Notes under the pieces: model-generated
What the model was told of the DNA's origin: nothing
The model's database searches: none
What the model saw: only the letters and a program-made list of their open reading frames with translations
Assembly: GCA_030691735.1 (NCBI GenBank)
Contig: JAUYDS010000075.1
Coordinates: 1 to 59,176, forward strand
From: Candidatus Aminicenantes bacterium
GTDB lineage: Bacteria > Acidobacteriota > Aminicenantia > Aminicenantales > UBA4085
DNA: 59,176 nt
Reading direction: 5' to 3'
Program-made: the position numbers and the translations under genes
In this document: positions 1 to 7,954 of the stretch, piece by piece
Numbering within the stretch: the stretch's first letter is position 1
Layout of the letters: each line of letters starts with the position of its first letter

Positions 1-20
1 AAGGATAAGAGGAGTCGGAC

Positions 21-1373
21 ATGAATCTCATGAACACGCTGGGCCTCATCGCCATCTTTCTCGAGGCGATCGTCATCGTTCTCCTGGTTTTCGTGCTGAA
101 ACGCCGCTCCGGCGGCGACGTCGTCCCTCTCCAAAAACAGCTGGAGTCGATCGAGCGCGGCCAGGAAAGGGGAGACCGCGAATTCCGGGACGAGGTCGCC
201 CGGAACCGCGAGGAATCGAACGCCCAGGCCCGTTCCCTGCGCCAGGAGATGGGCGCCAGTGTCCAGCGTCTGAGCGAGACCGTGCTCCAGCAGATGGTCG
301 GTCTGGGTGGGCTCCAAAAACAGCAATTGGAGGGTTTTGCCGGCCAGCTCGACAGCCTCCGGACGGCCGTCGAAACAAAGCTGGGCCAGATCCAGACCGA
401 CAACGCCGGCAAGCTCGAGGAGATGCGCCGGACGGTGGACGAGAAGCTGTCGGGGACGCTCGATCGCCGTCTCGGCGAATCGTTCAAGATCGTCAGCGAT
501 CGCCTCGAGCAGGTCCACAAGGGGCTGGGCGAAATGCAGACGCTGGCCAGCGGCGTCGGCGACCTGAAAAAAGTGCTGACCAACATCAAGGTCCGCGGGA
601 TCTGGGGAGAAGTCCAGCTCGGCAACATATTGGAACAGCTCCTGACGCCGGACCAATACGAAAAAAACGTCGTCACCAAGAAAGGCGGAGCGGAACGTGT
701 CGAATATGCGATCAAGCTGCCGGGCCATGACGATCAGGACGACCAAAGCGTCTGGCTGCCCATCGACGCCAAGTTCCCCAAGGAAGATTACGAGCGCCTG
801 GTGGATGCCTCCGACCGCGCCGACGCGGCGGCCGTGGAAGAGGCCGGCAAACAGCTCGAGAACAGAATCAAGCTCGAGGCCAAAGCGATCCGCGATAAAT
901 ATATCGATCCGCCCCATACGACCGACTTCGCCATTCTCTTCCTGCCTACGGAGAGCCTCTACGCGGAGATCCTGAGAAAACCGGGTCTTCACGATCTGCT
1001 GCAGCGGGATTATCGGGTGACGGTCGCCGGGCCGACGACGCTGGCGGCGATCCTCAACAGCTTTCAGATGGGTTTTCGGACCCTCGCCATCCAGAAGAGG
1101 TCGGGTGAGGTCTGGAACCTGCTTGGCGCGGTGAAGACCGAGTTCAGGAAATTCGGCGAGGTCATCGAGAAGGTCGAGACGAAGATCCGCGAGGCCGGCA
1201 ACGTGATCGAGAAAGCCAAGACCCGCTCGCGGGCCATCGAACGCAAGCTGAAAGGCGTGGAAGAGCTCCCCGCGCCGGCCGCCCAGGCGATCCTCGGACC
1301 CGCCGAAGCGGCCGACGTCGAGGACGAAGAAACGATCCAGGAGGACGGCGCCGCGGATCCGGAAAAAAGCTGA
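21..1373 (+). CDS. rmuC: DNA recombination protein RmuC
   Basis: 450-aa ORF with AGGAG RBS just upstream. It has an N-terminal TM helix, a long Q/E/R-rich coiled coil and a C-terminal RmuC-type region (DFAILFLPTESLYAE, VAGPTTLAAILNSFQMGFRT). Confidence 0.85.
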   Translation: MNLMNTLGLIAIFLEAIVIVLLVFVLKRRSGGDVVPLQKQLESIERGQERGDREFRDEVARNREESNAQARSLRQEMGASVQRLSETVLQQMVGLGGLQKQQLEGFAGQLDSLRTAVETKLGQIQTDNAGKLEEMRRTVDEKLSGTLDRRLGESFKIVSDRLEQVHKGLGEMQTLASGVGDLKKVLTNIKVRGIWGEVQLGNILEQLLTPDQYEKNVVTKKGGAERVEYAIKLPGHDDQDDQSVWLPIDAKFPKEDYERLVDASDRADAAAVEEAGKQLENRIKLEAKAIRDKYIDPPHTTDFAILFLPTESLYAEILRKPGLHDLLQRDYRVTVAGPTTLAAILNSFQMGFRTLAIQKRSGEVWNLLGAVKTEFRKFGEVIEKVETKIREAGNVIEKAKTRSRAIERKLKGVEELPAPAAQAILGPAEAADVEDEETIQEDGAADPEKS

Positions 1374-1465
1374 ACGAACTTTAGCGCCTCCGCCGCTTTA
1401 TTCTAATCGCGGAGTTCTCCCCAGTCTTTCGAGGCATCTCACTCATATGGCCCGACGTTGAATGG

Positions 1466-1491
1466 GATCCTTCGCTTCGCTCAGGATGACG
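1466..1491. repeat. Solo half-copy of REP-like repeat (family B, ..TTCGCTCAGGATGAC..)
   Basis: GGATCCTTCGCTTCGCTCAGGATGACG resembles the right arm of the 44584-44677 palindrome (CCCTTCGGTCGCTCGCGATGACA). It lies in the convergent intergenic gap between rmuC and the ABC-2 permease gene. Confidence 0.6.
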
Positions 1492-1550
1492 CTTGGGCCG
1501 GAAGGCGTTGCCCAAAAGCATAAAACAACGCCGATTGAATTAAACTCGCG

Positions 1551-2318
1551 TCATTTGATCAGGCGTCGTTTCATCAGCTTGACGCCGATAGTGAAGGCGA
1601 TCACTTCCAGGACGACGATGAAGAGGAAGTCGGTGATGAGCGAGGTGGAATAGACGCCGGAAAAGACCGCGCGAGAGATCGAAACGGCCGGCGTCAGCGG
1701 GAGGAACTTGGAGAAGGTCTTCATCCAGGCCGGGAAGTTGTCCAGGGGAAAAAAGACGCCCGAGAAGAACAGCATCGGGGTCAGGACGAGCTCCGTATAA
1801 TAATTGAAGAAATCGAAGTTCGGGGCGAGCGAGGTCACGATCATGGCCAGCGAGCCGAAAAGAACTCCGACGAAGATCATGCAGACAAAAAGGAGCAGGA
1901 CCGCGGGGAGGGAGACGGGGAAGACGCCCATGGCCATGGCCACGACCATCATCAGCGTTCCGCTGATCAGGCCCCGGAAGACGCCCCAGGCGATATCCCC
2001 GGCGACGGCGTCCTCCGCGGAGACGGGAGTCGCGATCAGGGAATCGTAGAGCTTCTCGTGGATCATCTTGACGAACGTCCCGAAGAGGCACTCATAAGAG
2101 GCGGTCAGGCCCACGGCCGACATCAGGACGCCCGGGACGAGGAAGTAGAGATAGGGCTTTCCGCCGAACAGCCCGACATAGGCGCCCATGCCGATGCCGA
2201 AGGTGATGAGGTAAAAAAGCGGTTGGACGAGGCTGGCGATGAACGTCGGCACGACGAACCGCTTGTAGGAGACGAGGTTCCTGACGAAGACGTGATAGAT
2301 CCGGTAGGAGAGGTTCAT
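1551..2318 (-). CDS. ABC-2 type transporter permease (NodJ/DrrB-like)
   Basis: 255 aa with about 6 hydrophobic segments and ABC-2 permease architecture. Its start overlaps the stop of the upstream ATPase gene by 4 nt (2315-2318). Confidence 0.85.
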   Translation of the reverse strand: MNLSYRIYHVFVRNLVSYKRFVVPTFIASLVQPLFYLITFGIGMGAYVGLFGGKPYLYFLVPGVLMSAVGLTASYECLFGTFVKMIHEKLYDSLIATPVSAEDAVAGDIAWGVFRGLISGTLMMVVAMAMGVFPVSLPAVLLLFVCMIFVGVLFGSLAMIVTSLAPNFDFFNYYTELVLTPMLFFSGVFFPLDNFPAWMKTFSKFLPLTPAVSISRAVFSGVYSTSLITDFLFIVVLEVIAFTIGVKLMKRRLIK

Positions 2319-3232
2319 TCGATCAGGCTCCGTCCCGTCAGTTTTAAAAAGACGTCCTCGAGCGTGGCCGGCCGATGGACGGTGTTGGGCAGGTCGAGCT
2401 CGACCAGTTTCTTCCGGATGTCATGGCCGTCCCGGCAGTAAAAAAAGAGCGTGTCGCCCACGCGCTCGTGACCGCAGGAGAATTCGGACAGCGACCCGAT
2501 CAGTTTTTCGTCCTGGTCCTGGGCGATGCGGATCTCGACGACGTCCTTGCCGATCTCCTCCTCGATCAAGGTCCGCGGCGTTCCCTCTTTCAGGATCTTC
2601 CCCTGATACATGACTACGATCCGGTCGCAGAGCTGTTGGGCTTCTTCCATATATTGCGTCGTCAGGATGATCGTCACGCCATGGGCCTTGAGCTGGCGGA
2701 GCCTCTGCCAGATGAGGTGTCGGGCCTGCGGGTCCAGGCCGGTCGTCGGCTCGTCGGCGATGATGAGCTTCGGCTGGTTGATCAGGGACCGGGCGATGAG
2801 CAGGCGCCGCTTCATGCCCGTCGAGAGCTGATCGATCTTGCTGTCCCGCTTGGCCTCGAGCTCGACGAACTTGAGGAGCTCTTCGATCCGCTTCTTCGCT
2901 TCACGCCGCGGGATGTCGAAGAAGCGGGAGAAGACCATCAGGTTCTCCCGGACGGTCAGGTCGATGTCCAGGGTGATCTCCTGAGGGATGACGCCGGTCG
3001 TCTGCTTGATGGTCCGATTGTCGATGGAGCAGGGCAGGCCATTGACGGTGAGCGTGCCCGCCGTGACCGGCGAGACGCAGTGGATCATCCGGACGGTCGA
3101 GGTCTTGCCGGCCCCGTTCGGCCCGAGGAAGCCGAAGCATTCTCCTTTCTGGATCTCGAAGGAGATGCCGTCGACGGCGATGAGTTTGCCGAAGCGCTTG
3201 GTCAGGTTCTTTGCGATGATAATCGTGTTCAT
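2315..3232 (-). CDS. ABC transporter ATP-binding protein (NodI/DrrA-like)
   Basis: Walker A GPNGAGKTS, ABC signature LSTGMKRRL and Walker B LIIADEPTTGLD. 305 aa, translationally coupled to the permease. Confidence 0.95.
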   Translation of the reverse strand: MNTIIIAKNLTKRFGKLIAVDGISFEIQKGECFGFLGPNGAGKTSTVRMIHCVSPVTAGTLTVNGLPCSIDNRTIKQTTGVIPQEITLDIDLTVRENLMVFSRFFDIPRREAKKRIEELLKFVELEAKRDSKIDQLSTGMKRRLLIARSLINQPKLIIADEPTTGLDPQARHLIWQRLRQLKAHGVTIILTTQYMEEAQQLCDRIVVMYQGKILKEGTPRTLIEEEIGKDVVEIRIAQDQDEKLIGSLSEFSCGHERVGDTLFFYCRDGHDIRKKLVELDLPNTVHRPATLEDVFLKLTGRSLIE

Positions 3233-3262
3233 GGGCTTATGAGCGGATCATCATAACAAATT

Positions 3263-4273
3263 TCAGAGCGGGGATAAAGGCGGGGCTCCGTACCAGGTCT
3301 CCATCACCGCCCGCCAATCCTCGTCCGTTTTGACGCTGATGAAGGCCGTTCGAACCTTGGCCGGGTGGGGATGGAGGCGGGCGTAATGGATGCCGAAGTT
3401 CCGCAGGGTCAGCAAACCCCGGCGCGGGCCATAGAGACCTTCGGCCAGCCGAAGATGTCGGCTGATCACTTCGCGCTGCTCCTTAAGGTCCGGTTTGAAC
3501 GGCTCGCGGCCGGCGGCAAGATCGCGCGCTTGGCGGAAGAGCCAGGGATTGCCGATGGCCCCCCGAGCGGCGAGGACGCCGTCCACGCCCGTCTGTTCGA
3601 TCATCCTGAGGGCGTCCAAGGCGGTGTGGATGTCGCCGGAGCCGATGATCGTCCGGTCGGGAAATTCGCGCTTCACCCGCGCGATGAAATCCCAGTCGGC
3701 CTGCCCCCGGTATTTCTGGCCTACGCTCCGGGCGTGGACGGCGACGGCCGCCGCGCCGGCTTCGAACGCTCCGCGGGCGATCCGCCGGAACGCGGCGTTC
3801 GTTTCATCCGTCTCGCGGAACGTCCGGCGCAGTTTAAGGGTGACCGGCCGGTCGGGGACGGCCTCGATCACGGCCCGGACGATCTCCAGAGCGAGGTCGG
3901 GTTGGTCCATCAGATAGCCGCCGCGTTTCTTGGCGACCACTTTCTTAACGGGGCAGGCGAAATTCAGGTCGATGACATCGAATCCCATGTCGCGCAGAAC
4001 GGCCGCCGCTTGGGCCATCACGGTCGGGTCGTTGCCCATGAGCTGTCCGGCAATGGGGTGGTCGGCGGCGTCGATCCTGACCAGCCGATCGCGGAGCTTT
4101 CCATCGAGCAGTATCTGCCGGTCGAGCATGGCCTCGGTCGCGCAGTACGGCGCTCCAAGCGACCGGCAGATCAGCCGGTAGGGGAGGTCGCTGTAGCTGG
4201 CCAGGGCGGCCAGGACGACCGGGAATTCGATCTCGAGCGGGCCGATCCGCAAGGGTTTCAGATCAAAGGGCAT
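3263..4273 (-). CDS. tRNA-dihydrouridine synthase (Dus family)
   Basis: Dus TIM-barrel motifs (DLNFACPVKKVVAKKRGG, AVAVHARS, GNPWLF). The first 37 codons of the 373-aa track ORF look non-coding, so the start is placed at ATG 4273 (MPFDLKPL..). The alternative start is 4384. Confidence 0.85.
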   Translation of the reverse strand: MPFDLKPLRIGPLEIEFPVVLAALASYSDLPYRLICRSLGAPYCATEAMLDRQILLDGKLRDRLVRIDAADHPIAGQLMGNDPTVMAQAAAVLRDMGFDVIDLNFACPVKKVVAKKRGGYLMDQPDLALEIVRAVIEAVPDRPVTLKLRRTFRETDETNAAFRRIARGAFEAGAAAVAVHARSVGQKYRGQADWDFIARVKREFPDRTIIGSGDIHTALDALRMIEQTGVDGVLAARGAIGNPWLFRQARDLAAGREPFKPDLKEQREVISRHLRLAEGLYGPRRGLLTLRNFGIHYARLHPHPAKVRTAFISVKTDEDWRAVMETWYGAPPLSPL

Positions 4274-4467
4274 TGAGCCATTATAGCAGGAATTGTCGAT
4301 GGAAGAGGACGCCGTCGCCGGTTTTCCGGCCTTGTTCGCGTTCTTCGCCTCCAACTCCCAAAGATAGGGAGATCTCAAACTCAATCCGAAAAGAATTGTA
4401 TTTTTCGTCCGTTTCTGATATGCTTAGCCGCCTTTCAAGGATTCCGAGAGCAAGGAGACATCATCCG

Positions 4468-4845
4468 TTGCAGACTTACGGCAAGGTCGATAGTAAATTC
4501 CGGTTCGTGATCGTGGCCTCCAAGCGGGCTAAGCAGATCCTGAGAGGGTCCAAGATCAAGATCCGGACCAAATCCAAGAATCCCATCCGCATCGCCCAGA
4601 TCGAGGTCAAAGCCGGCCTGGTCGATTACGAGATCCTCAAGCCCATTCAGGAAGAGCTCGCCGAGGTCGAAGAGCAGGTCTTGAGCGTCGACGCCGCCAT
4701 CGCCGAGGACGCGGAAGAAGCCGGCGGCGATGTCGCCGGGGACGATGAGCCCGGCGAAGAGGTGGAATCCGAAGACGTCGTCGGGACCGATTATGACGAC
4801 GAATTGCCTTCCGAACCCATCGGGGGCGCTAAAGAGGACGAGTAA
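4468..4845 (+). CDS. rpoZ: DNA-directed RNA polymerase subunit omega with long acidic C-terminal tail
   Basis: RpoZ core DSKFRFVIVASKRAKQILRG...IRIAQIEV. AAGGAGA RBS at 4452-4458, then an in-frame TTG at 4468; the alternative ATG is 4420. The C-terminal ~55 aa are D/E-rich. Confidence 0.7.
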   Translation: MQTYGKVDSKFRFVIVASKRAKQILRGSKIKIRTKSKNPIRIAQIEVKAGLVDYEILKPIQEELAEVEEQVLSVDAAIAEDAEEAGGDVAGDDEPGEEVESEDVVGTDYDDELPSEPIGGAKEDE

Positions 4846-5366
4846 GGGCCCGCCCCTCCTTTTCCCGCCATTTTCAGGAGCTGGATGTAGTCCAGCTTGA
4901 TCCAGTCGTTTCTCGGGATCTTCAGGAGTTTCGCGAACCGGACGATCTTTTCCCGGTCGCCTTCGAACTCGATGAAGGACCCGACGGCGGTCTCGTCCAG
5001 GCAGATCTTGAGCCGCCCTTTCTTGAAAACGGTCCGCTGTTTTTCGTAAGAAACGACGGGCACGAGCCCCAGAGCTTTCAAGACGAGCCGGAGCTGGCGG
5101 CCGTTTTTGACCTCGGTCTCGAATTCCTCGCGGACCTTGAACCTCCGGGATTTTTGGGGCGTCCCCTTGAACGTCAAATAGGCCTTCCTCCCGATCGTCC
5201 TCAGCCGCAAAGCCTGTTGTTTCCCATAGAGGGCGCCGTCGCGGAAATCGTACAGGGTATTCGTCTCGCGATACCGCTCCCTGATCGGGACGGCTCCCAA
5301 TTCAAGAAGCCGGGCGCGGACGGGTTTGAGGTCGGGGACGCGGACCTTGATTTCGATCTCGAGCAC
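4791..5366 (-). CDS. CYTH domain protein (class IV adenylyl cyclase / triphosphatase-like)
   Basis: N-terminal ExExK signature (VLEIEIKVRV) and CyaB-like length, starting from GTG 5366. The upstream part of the 265-aa track ORF overlaps the polyprenyl synthase gene and is P/S/R-rich junk. The start lies 1 nt from the upstream gene's stop. Confidence 0.75.
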   Translation of the reverse strand: MLEIEIKVRVPDLKPVRARLLELGAVPIRERYRETNTLYDFRDGALYGKQQALRLRTIGRKAYLTFKGTPQKSRRFKVREEFETEVKNGRQLRLVLKALGLVPVVSYEKQRTVFKKGRLKICLDETAVGSFIEFEGDREKIVRFAKLLKIPRNDWIKLDYIQLLKMAGKGGAGPYSSSLAPPMGSEGNSSS

Positions 5367-5367
5367 G

Positions 5368-6363
5368 CTATTTTTTTCTCCGCATGACCAGGTCCCCGAT
5401 CCGGTCGAGGGATTCGCGATGTTCGGTGGCCGGGAAGGCGGCGAGGATCTCCTTGGCTCGAGCCACATAGGAGGTCGCTCGGTCGAAGGCGTAGTCCAGC
5501 GAAGCGGTCTTGGTGATGGCGGCCAGGATCTTGGCCGCAGCGTTCGGGTCAACGGCCCTGTCCCTGTATCCGCGGATGATGTCCTCACGCGCCTCCCCTG
5601 AGGTCAGACGAAGGGCATGGATGAGCGGAAGCGTGACGCGGCCCTCGCGGAAGTCCGAGAGGACCGGTTTGCCCAGGGTCGTCGCGTCGCTGGTGTAATC
5701 CAGCAGGTCGTCGACGATCTGGAAGGCCAGGCCGAGTTGGAGGCCGAAGTCCTTGAGGCGTCGAACGTCCGCCGGCGAGGCGCCGGCGAGGCGCCCTCCG
5801 ATCTGACAGGAGTCGGCGAAGAGCTGGGCCGTTTTCTTGTCGATGATCTCCAGGTAGACGTCCTCAGCCAGATCGACGTTGCCGCTCATCGAATATTCGA
5901 TGAGCTCCCCCTCGATCATCTGGGCCGTGACGTCGGCCAGGATGTCGATGAGGTCATAGGTCTTGGTTTTGAGGGCCATGGCGATCGACTGGATGTACAG
6001 GAAGTCTCCGAGCAACACGGTGATGTTGGCGCCCCACCGCGAATGGACGGTGTCCTGGCCGCGCCGGAGGCTTGAGTTGTCGACGATGTCGTCATGGATC
6101 AGGCTGGCGGTGTGGATGATCTCGACGAGCGCCGACCAGAAGATATGATCCCGGCCTTCATAGCCGCAAAGCTTCGCGCTGAGCATCAACAAGGCCGGCC
6201 GAATGCGTTTGCCGCTCTTTTCGAAAAGGTACCCATTGATCTCGGCAATGAGGGGATTGGAGGAGCTGCTCAGCTCTTTGAGCGAGTTTTCGACGGCGTC
6301 CAGGTCGCCTTGGATGGTCCGGTAGATGTCGTTGAACGGCACGGATTTGGACGCGTCGGTCAT
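5368..6363 (-). CDS. Long-chain trans-polyprenyl diphosphate synthase (IspB/HepT-like)
   Basis: Two aspartate-rich motifs, LIHDDIVD (FARM) and QIVDDLLD (SARM). 331 aa. Confidence 0.9.
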   Translation of the reverse strand: MTDASKSVPFNDIYRTIQGDLDAVENSLKELSSSSNPLIAEINGYLFEKSGKRIRPALLMLSAKLCGYEGRDHIFWSALVEIIHTASLIHDDIVDNSSLRRGQDTVHSRWGANITVLLGDFLYIQSIAMALKTKTYDLIDILADVTAQMIEGELIEYSMSGNVDLAEDVYLEIIDKKTAQLFADSCQIGGRLAGASPADVRRLKDFGLQLGLAFQIVDDLLDYTSDATTLGKPVLSDFREGRVTLPLIHALRLTSGEAREDIIRGYRDRAVDPNAAAKILAAITKTASLDYAFDRATSYVARAKEILAAFPATEHRESLDRIGDLVMRRKK

Positions 6364-6372
6364 GGCCCGCCT

Positions 6373-6401
6373 ATCTTAGCATTGAAGGGGGATTTTTTCA
6401 A
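6373..6401 (-). promoter_or_regulatory. Putative sigma70-like promoter of the polyprenyl synthase gene
   Basis: On the minus strand: TTGAAA (6401-6396), 17-nt spacer, TAAGAT (6378-6373). Only 9 nt separate the -10 box from ATG 6363, implying a near-leaderless mRNA. Confidence 0.35.
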
Positions 6402-6423
6402 ACGGGGGGCTCGGGGAATAAGC

Positions 6424-6740
6424 TCGCTCGAAGCGGGCGAACGCTCTCCTTGTCGCGGGTCGTATAGACAAGATCGGGAAACGGCTTCGCTCCCGACTCG
6501 GGTTTTTAACGCCGTTTCCTCACCGTCCTTCTCGGCGGCTCAGAACTCGCTTCCCGGCTTCTTAAATACGGGAGTGCGCCGGGAAGCTCAAACATGCTTC
6601 GCCGACCGGCCTCCTTTCCGGGCCGGCTTTCCTCGAAGGACGGCTCGGAAAGGCTATACCCTCCATGGTCGCTTCAGCCGTTTCCCGATCTTGTCTTTCG
6701 CTTCAATCCGTGAATAGAGCGTTCGCCCGCTTCTTCGCTC
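6424..6740. repeat. Large imperfect palindrome P1 (~317 bp)
   Basis: Arm pairings read directly from the sequence: 6430-6447/6716-6733 (18 bp perfect), 6467-6486/6676-6695 (20 bp perfect), 6523-6531/6635-6643 (9 bp), 6549-6558/6578-6587 (10 bp, 19-nt apical loop). The right arm carries a ~28-nt side insertion with its own CCGGCC/GGCCGG hairpin. Confidence 0.85.
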
Positions 6741-6850
6741 ACAAATTGACAACTTACCGAATTTGATCCTTGCGCCATATAAAACTAATACCTCTTCTAT
6801 CAGCTTGGGCGAGGGGAAGAAGGCGAAGCGACCATAAGAGTATCTCGACG

Positions 6851-7046
6851 CTGCGGTTCGGATTTTTCGGCGGACGATTCAAGGACGCGACGGCAGGGTT
6901 GGCCCTAAGGCCCCCATAGTGGAGGGGGGTCCCATCGGCTTAGCCGATGGGGGGAACCGACGGGACTGGTTCCCCAGGGGGCCGGGGGCCACCCTGTCGC
7001 CGCGTCGGCTTGTGTTTTCGCCGCCGAAAAAATCGAACCGTGCAGG
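6851..7046. repeat. Large imperfect palindrome P2 (~196 nt; candidate structured RNA)
   Basis: Pairings: 6854-6873/7021-7040 (20 bp, 2 mismatches), 6884-6904/6987-7006 (imperfect), apical hairpin 6931-6939/6943-6951 with a TTA loop, and a 3'-side hairpin 6952-6958/6968-6974. Confidence 0.8.
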
Positions 7047-7089
7047 CGTAAAGATTTCCGCGGGGAGCGAGCTTCTTCCGTGAGCCCTC

Positions 7090-7890
7090 CTAGATCTTAA
7101 AAAGCGTGTTGAAATTCCGGGTGACGGTTTCGGCGAAGCGATCGAGGGGCATGCTCTTCAAACCGGCGAGGAGCGCGGCGGTCTCGACGGCATAGGCGGG
7201 TTCGTTGCGCCGGCCCCGGTAGGGGACGGGCGCGAGATAGGGCGCGTCGGTTTCGACGAGGAGCCTGTCCAGGGGGATCCTCGCCGCGATCTGGCGCAAG
7301 TTCCCGGCCTTGGGAAACGTCAGGATTCCGGAGAACGAGATGAAGAAACCGGCATCGAGCATGGTCTTGGCGAACTCCCAATCCTCGGTGAAACAATGGA
7401 GGACGCCGCCGTTCGAGGATCCCTCCTCGCGAATCGCCTGAGCGATCTCCGGCCCCGCGGCCCGGCTGTGGATGATAGCCGGCAAACCCAGTCCCCGGGC
7501 GAGGGCGAGCTGTTCGCGAAAGGCTTTTCTCTGCTCGTCGGGAGAAGAGAAATCATAATGAAAATCGAGCCCGATCTCGCCGATCCCGCGGATCCTTTTT
7601 TCGGCCGCCAGCTTCTCGACGGCGGCCAGGAGTTCCGGGGTGAGAAGCTTGGCTTGGTGGGGATGCAGTCCGGCCGCCGCCTGGATCGATAAGCCTTCGG
7701 CTTTCAAGCCCAGCGTAATCTCGAGGCTGCGCCCGCTCGAGATGTCGATCGGGCAGAGAATGGTCCGGATCCCGGCATGGACCGCTCTTTGGAGGACGTC
7801 TTCACGGTCGGGATCGAACTCCTCCATATCGAGATGGGCATGGGAATCGATGAGAAGAGTTCTAAAAGATTGAGCGCCCATTATGAACAA
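7090..7890 (-). CDS. tatD: TatD family metal-dependent hydrolase/DNase
   Basis: N-terminal IDSHAHLD, then GEIGLDFHY, HSR, HCF and ETDAPYL motifs. 266 aa. Confidence 0.9.
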   Translation of the reverse strand: MFIMGAQSFRTLLIDSHAHLDMEEFDPDREDVLQRAVHAGIRTILCPIDISSGRSLEITLGLKAEGLSIQAAAGLHPHQAKLLTPELLAAVEKLAAEKRIRGIGEIGLDFHYDFSSPDEQRKAFREQLALARGLGLPAIIHSRAAGPEIAQAIREEGSSNGGVLHCFTEDWEFAKTMLDAGFFISFSGILTFPKAGNLRQIAARIPLDRLLVETDAPYLAPVPYRGRRNEPAYAVETAALLAGLKSMPLDRFAETVTRNFNTLFKI

Positions 7891-7954
7891 TTCAGCATGT
7901 GTACCCTTTCCCGCGCCGGCAGGACGGGTACCGAGGGGGATCTTCGATCTCTCG

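Larger units (their letters stand above)
6415..7079. repeat. Composite non-coding block bounded by a 15-bp inverted repeat (MITE/BIME-like or structured-RNA locus)
   Basis: GGAATAAGCTCGCTC (6415-6429) is the reverse complement of GAGCGAGCTTCTTCC (7065-7079) with 1 mismatch. The block contains palindromes P1 and P2 and no credible ORF. Confidence 0.8.

Noticed and set aside
21-1373. RmuC as a marker of a defence island
   Set aside because: It stands alone at the window edge next to an ABC-2 exporter and dus. No nuclease, methylase or helicase partners are visible.
6094-6717. 207-aa ORF running from inside the polyprenyl synthase gene (antisense) through palindrome P1
   Set aside because: The first third is antisense to a well-supported gene, and the rest is a translation of repeat arms (..SSLEAGERS..). 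It has no RBS and no coding-like composition.
7026-7046. tRNA-like GGTTCGATT (T-loop-like) on the minus strand
   Set aside because: The flanking bases cannot form a T-stem or an acceptor stem. The sequence is simply one arm of palindrome P2.
6851-7046. P2 as tmRNA, RNase P RNA or SRP RNA
   Set aside because: I could not find the tag-peptide reading frame or the tRNA-like end of tmRNA. The GGAGGAAAGUCCGGGC-type P4 elements of RNase P are absent, as is the GGAA tetraloop/symmetric-loop motif of SRP domain IV.
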